Assembly: GCA_963664405.1 (NCBI GenBank)
Contig: OY761158.1
Span: 3,808,001 to 3,872,000, forward strand
Reading direction: 5' to 3'
Length of the DNA: 64,000 nucleotides
Source of the DNA: Thermoanaerobaculia bacterium
Lineage (GTDB): Bacteria; Acidobacteriota; Thermoanaerobaculia; Multivoradales; Multivoraceae
Part shown: piece after piece, positions 63,814 through 64,000 of the stretch
How positions within the stretch are numbered: the first letter of the stretch is position 1
How the letters are laid out: each line of letters opens with the position of its first letter
Position numbers and translations under genes: made by a program
The notes under the pieces: model-generated
What the model was told of the DNA's origin: nothing
The model's input: only the letters and a program-made list of their open reading frames with translations
Database searches by the model: none

Positions 63814-64000
63814 TTCTCTCCCCGGAAAAAGCGCTGGCGCTGCGTTGGCAGCAACCTCAGTTGCTCGAAACTACGACGCCATCGGCCCGGGCACAACCCC
63901 CAAATGAGGCGAACGATTCAAGGAAGGTGGCTGATGCCGCCGCCCGATGCTGGTTCGAAGTGGATGGCACCTCGTGTTATCGATTCGCTGAGGTACTTCG

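Noticed and set aside
61992-63981. 9-bp inverted match GATAACACG / CGTGTTATC as element ends
   Set aside because: Too short, and not contiguous with the other repeat on the left side.

Overview
High-GC bacterial chromosome segment. The GWxTD-VWA protein, the IPTL-CTERM tail and the 'FWFF..N.EMLVKVLDAC' secreted domain point to Acidobacteriota (Thermoanaerobaculia-like); this is an inference. Bases 1 to ~11.9 kb are an accessory region. It holds a 2OG-Fe(II) oxygenase, a plasmid RepA remnant and two tRNA-Ser(UGA) att-like fragments bracketing a DUF4143 ATPase. It also holds a nested mobile-element stack: an IS3 element (5773-11645) is interrupted at the GSQ/Y motif of its transposase by an IS30 element, and at the FY/N motif by a 2.6-kb large-serine-recombinase element. 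Rejoining the ends of that element gives a palindromic attP that also creates an RBS plus in-frame start codon for its first ORF, i.e. a candidate excision-activated gene switch; this is the most notable observation. The remainder is mostly core genome: phoBR beside a deletion scar of pstSCAB; MFS/DUF3604/copper-monooxygenase genes; an msrA-ECF sigma-anti-sigma-msrB module with a shared promoter motif; tkt, tRNA-Ser, gltX, tRNA-Gln; two MITE copies; ydbH/ydbL-like genes, htrA-like protease, pgi-like gene, iscS-mnmA; a sigma54-promoter-led kinase/regulator-prfA-prmC-murA-slt-rsmI run; comF, FKBP, epimerase, SWIM-SNF2 helicase, a RAYT-like transposase and a cyclophilin. Family names come from motif recognition by eye, not from database searches.
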